Shown here piece by piece: positions 26,101-39,539 of a DNA stretch of 64,000 nucleotides; position 1 is the stretch's first letter, and the number at the start of each line of letters is the position of its first letter. A program made the position numbers and the translations under genes. Under the pieces are notes generated by a model that was not told the DNA's origin, ran no database searches, and saw nothing but the letters and a program-made list of their open reading frames with translations. The stretch is from Phoronis australis. Lineage: Eukaryota > Animalia > Phoronida. Where the stretch lies: positions 214,155 to 278,154 of the forward strand of contig NMRA01000557.1 of NCBI GenBank assembly GCA_002633005.1. Reading direction: 5' to 3'.

Positions 26101-28256
26101 AGACATATTATCTTCGAAATGGGGTTGAATTTCTTAGGTCTAATCCACGTTTTACAATAGATGCCAATGTATAGGTACACACTGGATTGTCATCATTGCA
26201 TAATGGGTGATCATGTAGTCTCCGGGCATGAAAACAGTTCTCTCCTAACGCAATAAATCCTGGTTGCCAATTGTTTTTGATTCTACAGAGATTTCAATTC
26301 CTGAATAGAAAATGTGTGTTCTGGATTTTTCCGCTTCAGCTTTCCATTCAGGTAACTAATGCACAGCATGGTATTTTTTCTATCCCATGCGGCTCCACTG
26401 CAATGAATCACTTCTGGTACAACCTTCCGTAAATGACGTTCGTATTTTGCACAATTCCTCGGCGTAACAGTTTTCTAAGAGCTATATATTCATTGGACAT
26501 GTTTCTGTTTGGTAATCGATTTTATTTTCTGTCTCAGGTAGTCCTTGAGCTCATGCTCTGAATGTTTTGAAAACGCAACTCTTTATTTACGCAGATACGT
26601 TTTCCAGCCCGTGGGACCGGACTCGCTGAATTCATCAACCAACATTTATTTTTGAAAATGCCCTCAAAAGTGTAGTTAAAACACCGTGTTGATCATAGTC
26701 GTCAGTGTAGAAAAGCGAAATGAACAAATTTTTACACACTGCTCAAAGCACTTTTGTGGACATACGGAAACGCCAACGTCTCTGTCTTACAACTCTGCGT
26801 GTGCTTGGCATTTCTGATCAAAGCGCTCTCATGCTTGAAACTTTATTAAGACTGAGCACCGTTTAAAAAATTGTATTTTTTCTTACTGCTGAGCACAGAA
26901 TTATTCTGCGATTTTAGGACTGAAACGGAACCAAATCTCGAATGGTGACTCATTAGAATGTGCAGAATTCGGGGAGGGGGGTGGGTGGCGAAACAAGTAT
27001 GATTTTTTTATTTTCGCGCCAAACATGTAGTTGCCACTTCTCATTCAGCGTCACTTACTACCTGAGGAGGCCAGATCATACGCTATCAAGATCACCAGAC
27101 GCTTTGCTTCTCAAAAGTGCACCGTTGTGTATTTTCTATCATTTTTTTGCCATCGCAATCGCTTTACCAAAGGTACACGCACATATGCCACGTAGAGACA
27201 AATACCTCTTCACCACGTTTTCACAACTTGTCGTTCACAATTGTTTTATTTTGCATAAATTGTCAATATGTTGTTGACAGAAAATATATATTTTTGGAAG
27301 AACGTGAACGACCAACTGATAGGGGACTACGTGTATACATGTAACTGCTAGCCCAGATTTTACCGTCACGGATACACTGAAAACGGAATTCGCCTCAACA
27401 GTGGTGATGTCACCGTCTTAGTTCGTGGAAATCGTAACCATAATATGATTTCGAAGTCAGAGCCATCGAAGTCCGTGGGTTTAGGGCATACTGGACCGTG
27501 AATTTCGCGTCTGTACTGCAAGGGTCAATACCATGTATGAAAATAAAATCCCTGGAGTGAGAGCTTTTCGCGGTGTAAAAACTCACTCACTAATCTATCA
27601 TCATGGGCGCGTGATAGGAGACCGGTGACTAAATTAAAAAACGCAAAAAGATGCAGTTTGGCGTTACACAAACAACTTGAAATCAACTGCGGGCGAAGAC
27701 TCCTAAAATAGCTGGGTTTACAAAATGACTACAGCATTGTATTGACCGGGAAGCAACCAATCTAATACATCTTGTTAACGTAACGAGTCAAATTAAAGAT
27801 CAAATGTAAAGAAAACTTTCACGTTTTTCATCCAAAACTTGTTGCATTGTCCATAATCCAATGTTTACTATTACCGCTTGCCTTCAACCTTCACATTAGT
27901 GGTATTACACAACCGATGTGAACTCATGTAACCTTGACAGTAAAACTAGGTTAATTTATTTGACCCTGTGATAAGACGAATATGCATCGACACGCAAGGT
28001 GGTATCAGCCGGACAACCTATTACGCAACTGCTACTCTAGCCTAAAAATAGCAGCCGACAAGCTGGTCGGCTGATGGCCGGTCGGCTGAAGGGTCGGCTG
28101 AAGGGTCGGCTGATGGGTCGGCTGAAGGGTCGGCTGGGGAGTCGTCTTATGAGTCGGCACTGCGGGCGGCTGCCGGTCGGCTAATTTGCCGACCGGTCGA
28201 CGGCTAGTCGTCGACCAATTTCCGACCGGGCGGACAAAAATTCGTGATGTGTGCTG
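23143..28256 (-). mobile_element. ~5.11-kb non-autonomous TIR DNA transposon, copy 2 (inverted relative to copy 1)
   Basis: TA|CAGCACACATCACGAATTTTTG ... GTGATGTGTGCTG|TA. Full-length reverse-complement match to copy 1, roughly 90-95% identical by eye, with small indels. Confidence 0.9.
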
Positions 28257-28437
28257 TACTGTTTCTGTTAAAGATCCTTTTTAAATAACACAAATAGAAA
28301 GAAACTTGAGTTAAAAATGTTCAAAACAATTACGTCAAAATACCATCACATCAGACAACTACCAACCATAAACTGTGTAAATCTGAATAGACTATAGTGA
28401 CTTAACAACCTTCACCACTGGACTTTATGATTTCATT

Positions 28438-28592
28438 CATGACGTTTCTGCTTGCTATGCCTGTAGTAGGAGGCATACTGTTTGCATGACATGCCACATT
28501 CACCACAAAAAGGAGTGTCCTCGTGCTGTGACGCAGTGTCGCATCAGGCTCACTGTTTCCGTGAAACATTGATCTCAGACAGGACACTGAAT
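28438..28592 (-). pseudogene. Two decayed C2H2 zinc fingers (possibly the N-terminus of an EnSpm/CMC-type transposase)
   Basis: IQCPV*DQCFTETVSLMRHC, then after a frameshift HEDTPFCGECGMSCKQYASYYRHSKQKRH. Confidence 0.55.
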
Positions 28593-30410
28593 CGACTTGG
28601 TTTCTGAGCACGATGCTTCACGTGTGTTTTTACTATATTGGGAAAGAAACTCTTGACGCATGCAACGCGTCAATCACAGGGCTAGTAAAGGTCTTGCATA
28701 GTTGTAGTGTCACTGTAGATTATTGGCATGTGGTCATACCAAGTCGTTTTTTTAGTTCCTGAACGAGGCTCCCCATCACACACTCACACTCCGCAGCAGT
28801 TGTGCTACTCTTCAGTTTTTAAGACGTAGACGTTAACACCCTGAAGGACTCGTCGTCATGGCTACAGTTCAACTGAAAAAATCAAACGCATTCAGTTGTT
28901 TGTTAGTAAATCTCACTTAGAAATAATGAAAAAAACGACGAAATGTAATTAATAATCAACCCATCAACTAATTCAGCCTCCGTGTTATTCTAAAGTTATT
29001 GACATAATGCTGTAACGTGAAGGACTATTCTGGCCAATGCAGCGAAAAATGTGCGTTCATGATCGTTTTTTTTTCGTTCACGATCGCCATAGAGAATTAA
29101 CGATATCGTTCCCGATTGCCGTCCCACACAAGGACCTGCTTGTATTGGTAAGTATCTCAAATGGTTTCACACATCATAACTAACAAGGGTGTCTCCAGGG
29201 ACAATTAAACTATAAACGTCACACGTTTCTTAAGAACCCTGGAATTGCTAATAACAAGTATAAATTGTCGATTTTACGAGGCGCAAGGCATTTTTCCTAA
29301 AGCCATTGCTTTTTGAGCTCTTTATTTTAAAACAATAAGCAAAAGCCAAGTATTATTTATGATCCACAACAATGGCTACTCTCTGACGCTTTTCTGTGTG
29401 TAGCATTAGTGCCAAAGTGGTCTCTATTTAAGCAGAAATTGACGTCAATTTCGTTTGCCATTTTTGGTGCAAGGTCTCGTTCTCGATGGCCTTCCGGGCT
29501 TTCTCGATCGCGGGTTGGTCGGGGTGGATAATTTGAACAAATCGATAAAAATCTGTCGCGGTTTGCTCGAGTTTCTCTTACAGGGTGCAAATTTTAGGAA
29601 ATTACGTGAAATCATCCGTGTTGACGAATAAAAAGTCCGAGGGACACAAATCTTACAAATTTCATCGGTTTCTTCTCATGCTCTTTTGCAAGTGTCACGC
29701 GCCAGCGCCAAGCGCTTCGCTTAGTCTCGCACTAGCCTTTGCGTAACTCACGTGACTCAGTTGAAATACTTTGTGGTTATCGCGCACGTGGTGAAAACGT
29801 TAATGGTGATTAAAAAAGTGGAGTTGGAATTCTTCGCCATAGTCCCCTTAATTCTCACAACTAAGCTTCATCGAACATGTATATAGAAGTAGAAAGGACC
29901 AATGAAGAAAGTAAGCGCTTTTAAGTGTGGAATGTATTTTTGACGAGGTGAAAATTCCTAATCAGTGACCGTTTAAATTTCATGGGACGAAATGCCAACA
30001 GAAAGCGATGGGAAGTATTGTAGCCCTTAACCTCCCAACCGAAGGGCTAAGTGATGCCTAGGGTTGTTTTTGTGCTCTGAATAATCTTGGTGCCTGCTCC
30101 AAGAAAACCGTCATTGCTCGATTTATGAATGGTAGTCATATGCTACGCATTGAGTATAAAGTCAACGTTCCCAACGAAATATGACCCGATTATTCGGTGC
30201 TAGTTACATGTAGTTGTTAAAACGTGTGAGTAAACATGAACAATTATTATAATGTAATATTTTTCAGAAATTTTCGGTTCAACGATGTGTCCTTGCTATG
30301 AGGCCTTCTTTTGAAGTCATGTATTACATCGACAACACATGCTCGGATGCAGGTGGGCGATTCAATTTCATTTTATATCAAAAGGTGTGAGGAGATGGCC
30401 TCTTAGAACT

Positions 30411-31053
30411 TAATTCCACTGTGCTTCATTGCGCAGTGGAGGAGACGACGGAATCGGAGTCGTGGTGTGGAGCAACGCTGCCAGTCGCCTGGGATGTCAC
30501 GGGAGAGCCATTACTTAGCCATAGGTCTGTTACAATTGCGCCGGTTGCCTGACTCTGACACTAGAAATCGGATGAGAGCCCCCACCCCCAAACACACTAA
30601 AACTGCACACATTTGAATCTTGTTTCAGCCTTATTATATTAATTAATACAGGGATTAATTAATAAACTCAATATTACCTCATGGTCCTGCCGTTAACCAC
30701 TTTTTTGCACCGGGCAGCCAAGCCCACCCCCNTAATTCCACTGTGCTTCATTGCGCAGTGGAGGAGACGACGGAATCGGAGTCGTGGTGTGGAGCAACGC
30801 TGCCAGTCGCCTGGGATGTCACGGGAGAGCCATTACGTAGCCATAGGTCTGTTACAATTGCGCCGGTTGCCTGACTCTGACACTAGAAATCGGATGAGAG
30901 CCCCCACCCCCAAACACACTAAAACTGCACACATTTGAATCTTGTTTCATCCTTATGATATTAATTAATACAGGGATTAATTAATAAACTCAATATTACC
31001 TCATGGTCCTGCCGTTTACCACTTTTTTGCACCGGGCAGCCAAGCCCACCCCC
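30411..31053. other. ~320-bp direct duplication centred on gap 'n' 30732 (probable assembly/haplotype artefact)
   Basis: 30411-30731 and 30733-31053 are near-identical and abut the n. Confidence 0.75.
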
Positions 31054-32456
31054 TGCTGCTAGCCCACCCCTAAATCTGCCTATCGTGGGCAGATTTCCAA
31101 AGAACTCCTTCCCGTAAACTCGACTTGCCACGATGCAGAGTCTAGATCAAAAACAGTTATTGGGGTTTGTAAACGTTACCAAATGAAAGAATAGCCTCAC
31201 TGGCTATGAATCTTACATAGCCTATGTCATTCGACAGACATTGCCATATTGCCAACTAGTAACTGGTCTTGCCTTGCAAATACCTACAATGTCTTACTTC
31301 AATATTACCAAATTGGACAGTGGTGCAGTTGATTTGGTGTAGAAATGTGTTTTAAAAAGTTTTAAAAGTACACACCTGTCTACTATTTTTCTATTATTTA
31401 TTTTATTCTTACACGCTTTATTAATACAAGTAACATGTACAGGTATGACAGTGCCACAATAAAAACATTCACACACTTACGAAACACCCGCCCACACTCC
31501 TATCTATCTTTAGCACGTTGGGTGATGTCTAAGGAAATTTGTTATTAGTCAGTTTTTCCAGGATCCCTGATATTCATCTAACTTAGCATTTTTACTCAAA
31601 TGCTTCGTTACAAGTGCCATTCTGTGAATAATATTTTAAGTAATTAATTACACTTAGGCACGTAGCCTATATGAAATATTTTATTATTGTGACAAAATCC
31701 AGTTGAAAACTTGTATCTGATTTAGTTGTTCAACCAAAAAACATTGTTTTTGTGTCTATAACTACACCCAATTGCACAATTCTACTATCAATAAATGTAC
31801 CTTTCTATTTTCACATTAAAACATGACTTTTTGTTTAGCTTTGTGACTGAGAGAAAGTACACCGAATTTATCTATTCTACTCTGACCGAAGACGGTGGTT
31901 ACATCTGACGCCAGTTCAAACCGCTCCACTTTACCGGCTAAGCTCACATCCATTAGCCTACATGTATTGGTAATAACTGGAAAAAGTCATTGACCTAATC
32001 ACGAATGCGATTTTCATATTTCAGATAACCCGCCGTGGCTTGGCTCACCGTACTCTTACGAATACCCGTACTCTTTCGAGAATTCTGACTAAACCATGAG
32101 CCGAAATCACCTTGGCGCTTTACTGCTTGAGGTTTGAAAATTTACGAAGCTGCTGGCTTTCTGTCAAACACTTTGTACCATTGACTTCAAACGAAACATA
32201 TTCACAAGGAAAGAACATCTATTTAAATATCGTTGTGTTAACGAGTTTGTGCAGCATAGATTATAGACAACATTTTCGCAACTCAGACATTTTCTTCCGT
32301 ACTATCCAGACGACGCACTTACCGGAAATAACACCAGGTAATAGCGGAGTTGCAACGCCGCCATATTGGAAATGGGTCAGAATGTTGCATTGGGGTTAAG
32401 CCGGTAAAGAAGTACGTCGGCAAGCGTGGGGGCAAACCGGCCACAGGGAGCTTATA

Positions 32457-32786
32457 CAGCACACATCACGAATTTTTGGCCTACCGGTCGGAAATTGGTC
32501 GACGACCGGCCGTCGACCGGTCGTCAAGCCGACCAGCAGCCGACCAACAACGGTCGGCTAGGAGCCGTCTACTGAGTCGCCTCTGTGGTCGGCACTTGGG
32601 TCGGCTAAGTGGTCGCCTAGCGTAGACGACCAATTCGGATTAAGCGTGTCCTTGGTCGGCAATTACCATTTTATGACTTAACGGGTGAACTTTGGCCAAA
32701 CAGACATTTAACTGTTCGCTGTTCGTTCACCACTGGCAACTCAGGTCTTGACATCGGTTTATCAACTTTTGTTCAACTATTGAAAG
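32457..32786 (-). mobile_element. Truncated terminal fragment (330 bp) of the 5-kb TIR family, copy 3
   Basis: TA|CAGCACACATCACGAATTTTTGG..., matching 23143-23456 until ...ctattgaaag. Confidence 0.9.
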
Positions 32787-33472
32787 AAAATACATGTAGG
32801 GACATTGGATTACAGAACTTGAGCTGTTCTCACGAACAAATAAACAGTTGAATTACTTTTTGATAAGAGCCTCTAGTATGCACTTCGCGTTAGAGTTACA
32901 GAAACCTCATTTTAACAACTTCAAAATGAGCTTTAAAAACATGATATTTAGATTTTTGAAACTTTAAAAAGGAATTTGAGTTATTTTTGTATTGCCATTT
33001 TTGCCACTACACCAGACTTGTCATTTTTTGTAACCATACCACTGTTTAATGATTATGCTACGTTTAAAAGTAACTGCAAGCTACCTTTAAGCCGTGAAAC
33101 AACAAAAAGCGAAGTTCGTCAGAAGGTAAGCCGAACTTAAACGTCTTAATGATGCAATTACGTGCACTAATTTGACTTGGACACAGCCCTGGACCTACAA
33201 GAGCTAACTGCTTCACTTGGACAAGATGAGTGTGTCCTTGAACTTTAAACCTGAGTTTTTTAATCGAAACATTTCTTTCGAAGATTAGAAAAGCGTAAAC
33301 AGCGCTATCGACTCGACCTACTTTGCTCGGGGAGTCCCACCAGTTGGGACCTACATTTCATTTGGCGGATTTTAGCGGACGACAGAATAATTATATCGGT
33401 GTATTTTCACTGATTTTGTTCGAAATATCCTCACACCTATGCATGATACATATTGTTCGACTTCAAGGTATA

Positions 33473-33876
33473 CAGTACAGCCACTGAATTATTAGAGTCT
33501 CTCCGTTGTCTCTCCGGTCTAGCCACCCGTGACCGTAACCGGAGACAGACGGGAGAGTGAGGAGTGAATCAACCGTGACAGCTGGCTTGAGCCTAAGCGT
33601 GACTGTATCCGGAGCTTACCGTGAGTTAGGCGTGAACGAAGCGCGAGCCAGCCGTGAGCCAGCTAGGCGTGAGTTTACCTGGTTCGCAGATGAAAAAAGT
33701 AATTTATTAAAATTATATAAGTAACTAGCTGTGATGTGTGTATTCTCATAGACTTTTGCTCATGTGAGGTTTAATTTTTTTGAAATCGTCACGTGCACTA
33801 AAAGACCAAAATTTCCGTCTTAAATCTTAAGTCACTTCAGGAAACAGACCTGTGGACTTTACTTTTCACTCATATT

Positions 33877-33940
<64 letters not shown>

Positions 33941-34867
33941 ATTTGTTCTTTATATAAACTAATAAAGAATCTTAACACGCGTGTACATGGCGGAATTATT
34001 CAATTACCTTCACGATATGAAGGAGCATAGCATGTCAATTCTGAGCACATTGATTCCGAGTTCGGTATCATGCGGAGAAAACTGATCTCACCCATGCATT
34101 TGACGAGTCAAACAGATGACCGTTATTATTATTTTAGTGAAGAATTACCCCGGGGATACCATGTACTCAGTCGAAACGCAATTACTACGGGAAGGGGGCT
34201 ACAAATAATTGAACTGAACTATGGATTGAGGACTTTTAAGTCAAAACATTTGCTTGCAGTAAAGGATGGGTATGTCAGAAGGGCGGCCTATTGAAATTTT
34301 CTGTACGCCAGTACGGTGCAAAAATTTACAGAGTGACACAATACTTCACAAGATGCGTAAGCTATTTTTATGGCGAATAACTATATCCACCTGTGACAAG
34401 TTTCAAGGAGTCCACAGCCATGCCATGTAAAGATGATTCTGGACACAGAGTCGCATTCATTCGTATTTACTAACCGTGGTTACTGTACATGTATGTCGTT
34501 GATGGGACTGGCTCTTAAGTCGTAAATTGAACATGTACATGTAAGTGTAACACAAGACGAGCTGAAGGAACACGTTTGTATGAACAACACGTGGAATTAC
34601 AGACTTAGTCGGAACCCAAGTGTGATACATGACTGCTTGCAAAGATACTCTATAATATACTATAATGTCTTTGCAACTTGACCGAAAAGACAGGCAATCA
34701 AGACGTTACATGAATTCACTGGTTAGCCCGGTGCCCGACCATGGTTACGACAGCTACCAAAGGCGTGACGAAAGCGAGTAGGCGTGAGGCGAACGTGACT
34801 GATTTCTGTCACGCCTGCTTTCCAGTTGCGCTCCGGTCTGGCCAGGCGTGAGGTAGTGGCTGTACTT
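33473..34867. mobile_element. ~1.4-kb TA-flanked TIR element with subterminal (G/C)CGTGA repeats and an internal (TA)n microsatellite
   Basis: TA|CAGTACAGCCACT ... AGTGGCTGTACTT|TA (12/13 match). Clustered cgtga motifs near both ends; (TA)n at ~33879-33937. Confidence 0.7.
34640..34673. other. Candidate P-element excision footprint (17+17 bp of TIR)
   Basis: ctgcttg|CAAAGATACTCTATAAT ATACTATAATGTCTTTG|caacttg. The halves match the two TIRs of the 45796-48958 element at 13/17 and 14/17; the TSD matches 5/7. Confidence 0.55.
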
Positions 34868-35279
34868 TATACCCAGCTTTGCATGAGCATATCGCATCAC
34901 TAGCCTTGTCATTTGTCTGGTGAAGGTGAACCCCGTGTGGTGTTAGTTCTTAGGATTTTCGCAAGCTCCGAAATACTTTCATATAACACTTATTTTTTCA
35001 TCGTCACCTTTGCAAGTTCCCACGTCATAATCATAGGATTCTTGCCAAAAAGCATCGCCTGTTGTCTTTGTCGAAGAGTTTTCGTTTAGTGCAAAAAACA
35101 CGGATCGATTCCACCACGAACGTCGTTTGGCGACAGTGTATTTGCCTCCGACATCTTGTTTGTTTTTCGGGTGTCACATGACTTTTCGCAATAGGGCGGA
35201 GCTTGCGATAGGTGAAATTGACACGTTCACGTACTCTCTCTCTCTAGGTTTAAGAGAACAGTTCATTGGTAGCTGTTCC

Positions 35280-35980
35280 TAATTCCAACACAGCAACCTA
35301 GATGTATGGAGGCGGTCGTCAAAATACAGGCTGTGTATCGAGCTCCGTTATACCCCGAAATTTCACACAGGCAGCCAGGGTAGTTCTGCTTGTCACCTCG
35401 CCGTGAAACTTATAACGACATATACATGTAAAGCTAACAACCGGAGCGGGGTGCATGCACAATCTGAGAATCAACCGACACTCACCTTGCCCATTGCAGC
35501 CGTCTTGAAGAGAAAAACAATTTAATAAGCATCATTTTCTTGCAGTATTCTCCGCTCTCATCAATGAAAAATCTTTCTCAAAGTAGTGCGCCCGTGACAC
35601 GCGTGCGCACCATTTCTTGAAATTTTGCGGCAACGCAGCAGCAATTCTTTTCTGAAATTTGGTTTGCTGGTACAAAAATTATAAGAACTTGCAACGAAAT
35701 GAAACCAGGTCCAATAATTTGTTGTCACATGTACGCAACCTCGTGGAAAAGAAGTACAGTTGATTGAAGTACCGGGAAAAAGAATCTGACCAATAGGTGA
35801 CGCAGTACTTCATGCCTTTGAAAGCCGAAACAAAACACCACACCACAAGTTTAGCAGCCGATTAATGGTAGAACGCCTCCAAGACCCGTAAATAATTTAG
35901 TTTACTCAAGGAAGAGTGTAGTTTTTAATGGATTAATTTTGAGTGAGATTTTGTTTGGTCAGTTTTTTTACCCAGCGGGA
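35280..35980 (-). repeat. Strongly diverged relative of the interior (24030-24700) of the 5-kb element
   Basis: Colinear blocks aaaatacag, ttcacacag, gtgcatgca.aatctg, gtgacacgcg, tacgcaacctcg, ggtgacgca, tttagcagc and gtaaataatttag.ttactc..ggaaga. Confidence 0.7.
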
Positions 35981-36863
35981 AGCTGTATATTGAGTACACA
36001 CCTCTACACTAAAGCCAACTATTTGCGTGACAACGATACACATGTACGCACTCACATTCTGGCACTTCAGAATATGTTCTTACAACACTTTCTGTCGACG
36101 GAGGGGGTTGTGGGTCGTGTAGGATGTGGGTCGAGAGACTCATGGGTTGAGGGGTTCGTAGGGTGTGAGGATCAGGGGGGGATTGACAACAATCCGGCTG
36201 AGACTCGGGTTTGCTCATACACGTACATGTAAATTGCGCCGCACTGCCGCTACACTCAGTGCATGCACCCACGGAGTCGTCTGGGAGGGCCGCATGTCTC
36301 AATAACCTGCCTGGTGATTGACGTTAATCTGTTACAAGCTACTTGATTTGTCGGCATTGCATTTATTTAGCATATCTGTAAGGCTGCTTTTTAATATGGC
36401 CTAGTTTAGTCTAGCAGCAGTGCTGTTCCTGTAGTTAGAGGATATGCATATACTGTATGGCAAGAGGTACCGGTATGTATCGGCCTAGATAAACGTCCGA
36501 AGTCCAGTGCATCTTCTCGAGCACAGAATTTTTAACGTAACTCACACAATGTGGGATTTACATCTATTATCCTGAGACCCCAATATGTAGATTTTTATGA
36601 TTACCTTCAAGTCTCCCTTAACACCTTTCTCCTATATCTAGAATTCCTTCAAGCTTTAGTGTTCCGCGTTCACACGACCCTTTTTCTGTTATTGGTTGCC
36701 TGTGTTTGCTTTTAATTTCATTAGATTCCATCCAAGAGTGTTCTGTGTTATGCGTTTCTATTTAAGTCATAGTTTGTATTGTGTCATACGACGCCTTGCT
36801 TGCATTTTGGAAGAACTTCTTTATTCCATAACATTGTATTTATTTTTAACTACCACGTCTGAT

Positions 36864-36888
36864 CATAGATTATAAATTATAGTCTATG
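36864..36888. other. Candidate P-superfamily excision footprint with a perfect 7-bp TSD
   Basis: GTCTGAT|CATAGATTATAAATTATAGTCTATG|GTCTGAT: a 25-bp quasi-palindrome with CA...TG ends. Confidence 0.65.
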
Positions 36889-37459
36889 GTCTGATAAACA
36901 AATCAACCAAATTTGCTTTCGGCGTACCAAACTTTACCTCAAACTAGCTTCGAAATCACACCATACGTGTATACAATTGTGAGCGAAAAATTACAAATAC
37001 ACTTCAAGATACAATGTACAGTGTATTCCTCATCAAGATTTTACACTGATCTTAAAATACGATCTAAAAAAGTCTAAAAGTTTAATAAACCCACCTATCG
37101 TGCATGTTTTACTTCCTAGTGTATAATAGCGTTCCTTGAACTAGAGCATGCATGTTTGTTTTAGGAAGCACATGTTTGAATAAATTATAAAAAGCGGATG
37201 TACAGTGCATAAAATGTGCATGCTTAGTTTTACCACGTATTGCTCTTAGAAACAAATCACACAAAACGCATTTTGTTAATGGTTGTAAACCACTACAAAC
37301 TGCTTTTATCGATACATTTAGCGTTCAAGTTAGTATACAGTATTCAAACCTAGATTGCTTATACATTTCTCCGCAGAGAACTGGAAGTTGGCGAGTGGCT
37401 TGTGTTCGGATCAGAAAATCGTTTGCCACGAGTGACTAGAAGTTTGCTCTGTTCTGGAA

Positions 37460-38199
37460 ACCATTTCCGTTATAGTGTACTCAGGAGCCGGAACTTTAAC
37501 CAACGACCTTTGAACTGGATTTTGTGTTTTCGTGTTTTCAATATCTTAACTGAGGAATACTCTGCGCTTTTGAGTTCACGTGACGTTTTTTATTTTTAAG
37601 CGACGCAAGGTTACGCATTTAGAAACTAGCTCCTGTTGTTTCTATCAGAAATTAAGACAGCCCCGAAGATACATGTATTGATATGCTATTTTCTTTTATC
37701 AAACCTAAGCCAGTCCGATGTTTGACTCTCAGGCTCAATTTTCAATTCGTATATGCCCGCCATGGACACATTTCAATTCAGTCTAGCTCAGAATTGTTAC
37801 GGTTGTGGCATGCATGTGTCATTTGCGAAANACCCTTTCGTTGCAGTGTACTCACGAGCCGCGACTACAACCAACGACCTTTGAACTGGATTTTGTGTTT
37901 TCGTGTTTTCACTATCTTAACTGAGGAATACTGTGCGCTTTTGAGTTCACGTGCTTTTTTATTTTTAAGCGACGCAAGGTTACGCATTTAGAAACTAGCT
38001 CCTGTTGTTTCTATCAGAAATTAAGACAGCCCCGAAGATACATGTATTGATATGCTATTTTCTTTTATCAAACCTAAGCCAGTCCGATGTTTGACTCTCA
38101 GGCTCAATTTTCAATTCGTATATGCCCGCCATGGACACATTTCAATTCAGTCTAGCTCAGAATTGTTACGGTTGTGGCATGCATGTGTCATTTGCGAAA
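37460..38199. other. ~370-bp direct duplication centred on gap 'n' 37831 (probable assembly/haplotype artefact)
   Basis: 37460-37830 is repeated at 37832-38199 and abuts the n. Confidence 0.75.
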
Positions 38200-39539
38200 G
38201 AATACTAGTGTTAGCTGGTAAATCACCTCCTAGAGAGAAGCATTTGAAGGTGCTGTGGTTTTTGATCCCGGCATCGTTTCAAAAAATTTCAATAAAAACC
38301 ACAAAAACGTTGATTGTCGTTTCAGTGCAACGGCAAACATATACAATCCGTCTCAATCTGAAAAGTAGGTCCTCAAAAACCTTCCCTTCAGCTACACCTA
38401 CATGTATGGATTCTACACCGTTTCGATTGAACCTCTCCATTGCTACGGTGGACAGTCTTCGAGTGTGCATCGCGTACCATGACTGTGCTCACCATACACT
38501 GGCTTAACAGCAACGAAACAAGCCGAAATCTTCGGCCAACGGGGTCGTATTTCTGCGGTGCCAATTTAGCGTTGCTGTCAACGCTTGCCAGCTTTTATGC
38601 CAATAATTACATGTATAGAGAGCACAAAACGTAAACTTTGATGTATTGCGTCTTCATGTACGCGCGCCTACTCCCCAATATACCAAGACTTACGGTACAC
38701 ATACATGTACGCATAGACGCTGCAATAAAAATTGAAAAGCTGAAGTATGATTGTCTACGTTAGTCTACAACTCTCACAGCACTACCTAACTGCTACTTTC
38801 CAAAGCATGTAGTCCAGATCATCAACAACGGATGTTTCTCAATAAATATGTAGACATTGTTTATATCTTGGTAGAAAATGAATCTAGAGGACTTTGCCCA
38901 GTTATTAATGGTCAAAGTATTTAAAATCTTCCGCCTTAAAAGTAAATACAACTGAAATGCATGTCGTTCTATTGCTTTTCGTCCACATTTCGAAACTGTT
39001 TCGGTAGCCATCACGTGATCACACTACTGTAAATAGTTTCTGGTTGATAGTGCCTATTAGATTTTCCAGTATAGGCTTGAACACTGTTGTGAAGGAATTC
39101 TAGCATTTTTATCTCAGTGATTATTGTCCTAATTTTATTGTGATGGACACCATAAAAAACAACAAAAGGCGTGGGCTCAGATACGCTCCGTATACAAACT
39201 CCACTAAATGAGCAATCGACACCTAACTTCAAAGATAAACTCAGTCAACAAATTTGATTAGGAGAAGACATCCAATTTGAAAACCTTGACTCAATGCACG
39301 CAAAGAGTTCTTTGATCTCGCGCACCTATAAACTTTATCCAGTTTTCCGTTATGAAAGTAGAGACTGCATCATGCGGATCGTGGACTTCATCTCAGCGTG
39401 GGTTTGGATGGCTCGTGTTACATGTACATGTTAATGTTTCCATACATGTCAGAATGTTTAGTTGTACCCAACTAATCCCAACTTATCTCAACTTATCCTG
39501 TCATCACAACTGATGCAAGCCTGTTGCTGACATCATGTT

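Noticed and set aside
30411-31053. Biological tandem duplication (likewise 37460-38199)
   Set aside because: Each is centred exactly on a single-n scaffold gap, typical of unmerged contig or haplotype overlaps.
37683-38507. Duplicated 102-aa and 151-aa ORFs
   Set aside because: They arise from the gap-flanking duplication and contain no recognisable domain.
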